This document shows, in pieces, positions 15,448 through 15,716 of a stretch of DNA of 15,716 nucleotides. The stretch spans positions 1-15,716 of the forward strand of contig JBKBOT010000034.1 of assembly GCA_046293555.1 (NCBI GenBank). The letters are read 5' to 3'. The position numbers and the translations under genes were made by a program. The notes under the pieces are model-generated. The model did not search any database. It had not been told where the DNA came from and worked only from the letters and a program-made list of their open reading frames with translations. The DNA is from Pyrobaculum sp. GTDB taxonomy: Archaea; Thermoproteota; Thermoprotei; Thermoproteales; Thermoproteaceae. Positions within the stretch are counted from its first letter, which is position 1. The number at the start of each line of letters is the position of its first letter.

Positions 15448-15716
15448 AACTTAACAGTAATAAAGAATTTTATTAAAAAATTATTACAGCTGTTATCGCA
15501 AGGCTGTATGTAGGTAGCTGGCAGGCGGTAACTACTGCCGGCTGGTCTATTAGCGACTTACCGTTATTTTAGCCCATTTGTCATAACGCCGACAGGCGGC
15601 GTTTGGCCTTAGCGATAAGCGCCTTCTATTCTTGACGTTTAGCGGCCTGGCGTGGCCAATGTCGGCTTTTCCGCGTCGCGGCGCCAGATGTAGGGCGTTG
15701 TGGGGCTTGGCCGCTG

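Overview
Archaeal chromosomal window, very likely Pyrobaculum/Thermoproteales (inferred from the CRISPR repeat GAATCTCAAAAAGAGGATTGAAAG, a tRNA with a D-arm intron and leaderless BRE/TATA promoters). Left to right: a partial secreted alkaline-phosphatase/NPP-family gene, an orphan amino-acid ABC substrate-binding protein, a decayed IS200/IS605 tnpB, a LutB/LutA-like Fe-S pair, a cas-less CRISPR array (7 repeats, 6 spacers) with leader, malate synthase, a run of acyl-CoA dehydrogenase, HTH-PRTase, CBS protein and queC, a divergent cysteine-synthase-like (PALP-fold) probable pseudoenzyme, about 750 bp of unexplained hairpin-rich DNA, tRNA-Ile2(CAU) with an 18-nt intron, and a tandem array of three DUF996-like membrane genes interleaved with decayed copies. 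The most striking observation is that CRISPR spacer 4 matches the adjacent malate synthase gene at 30/36 nt, with 5 of 6 mismatches synonymous, and is flanked by two aberrant internal repeats. All family assignments come from motif recognition by eye; no database search was run.
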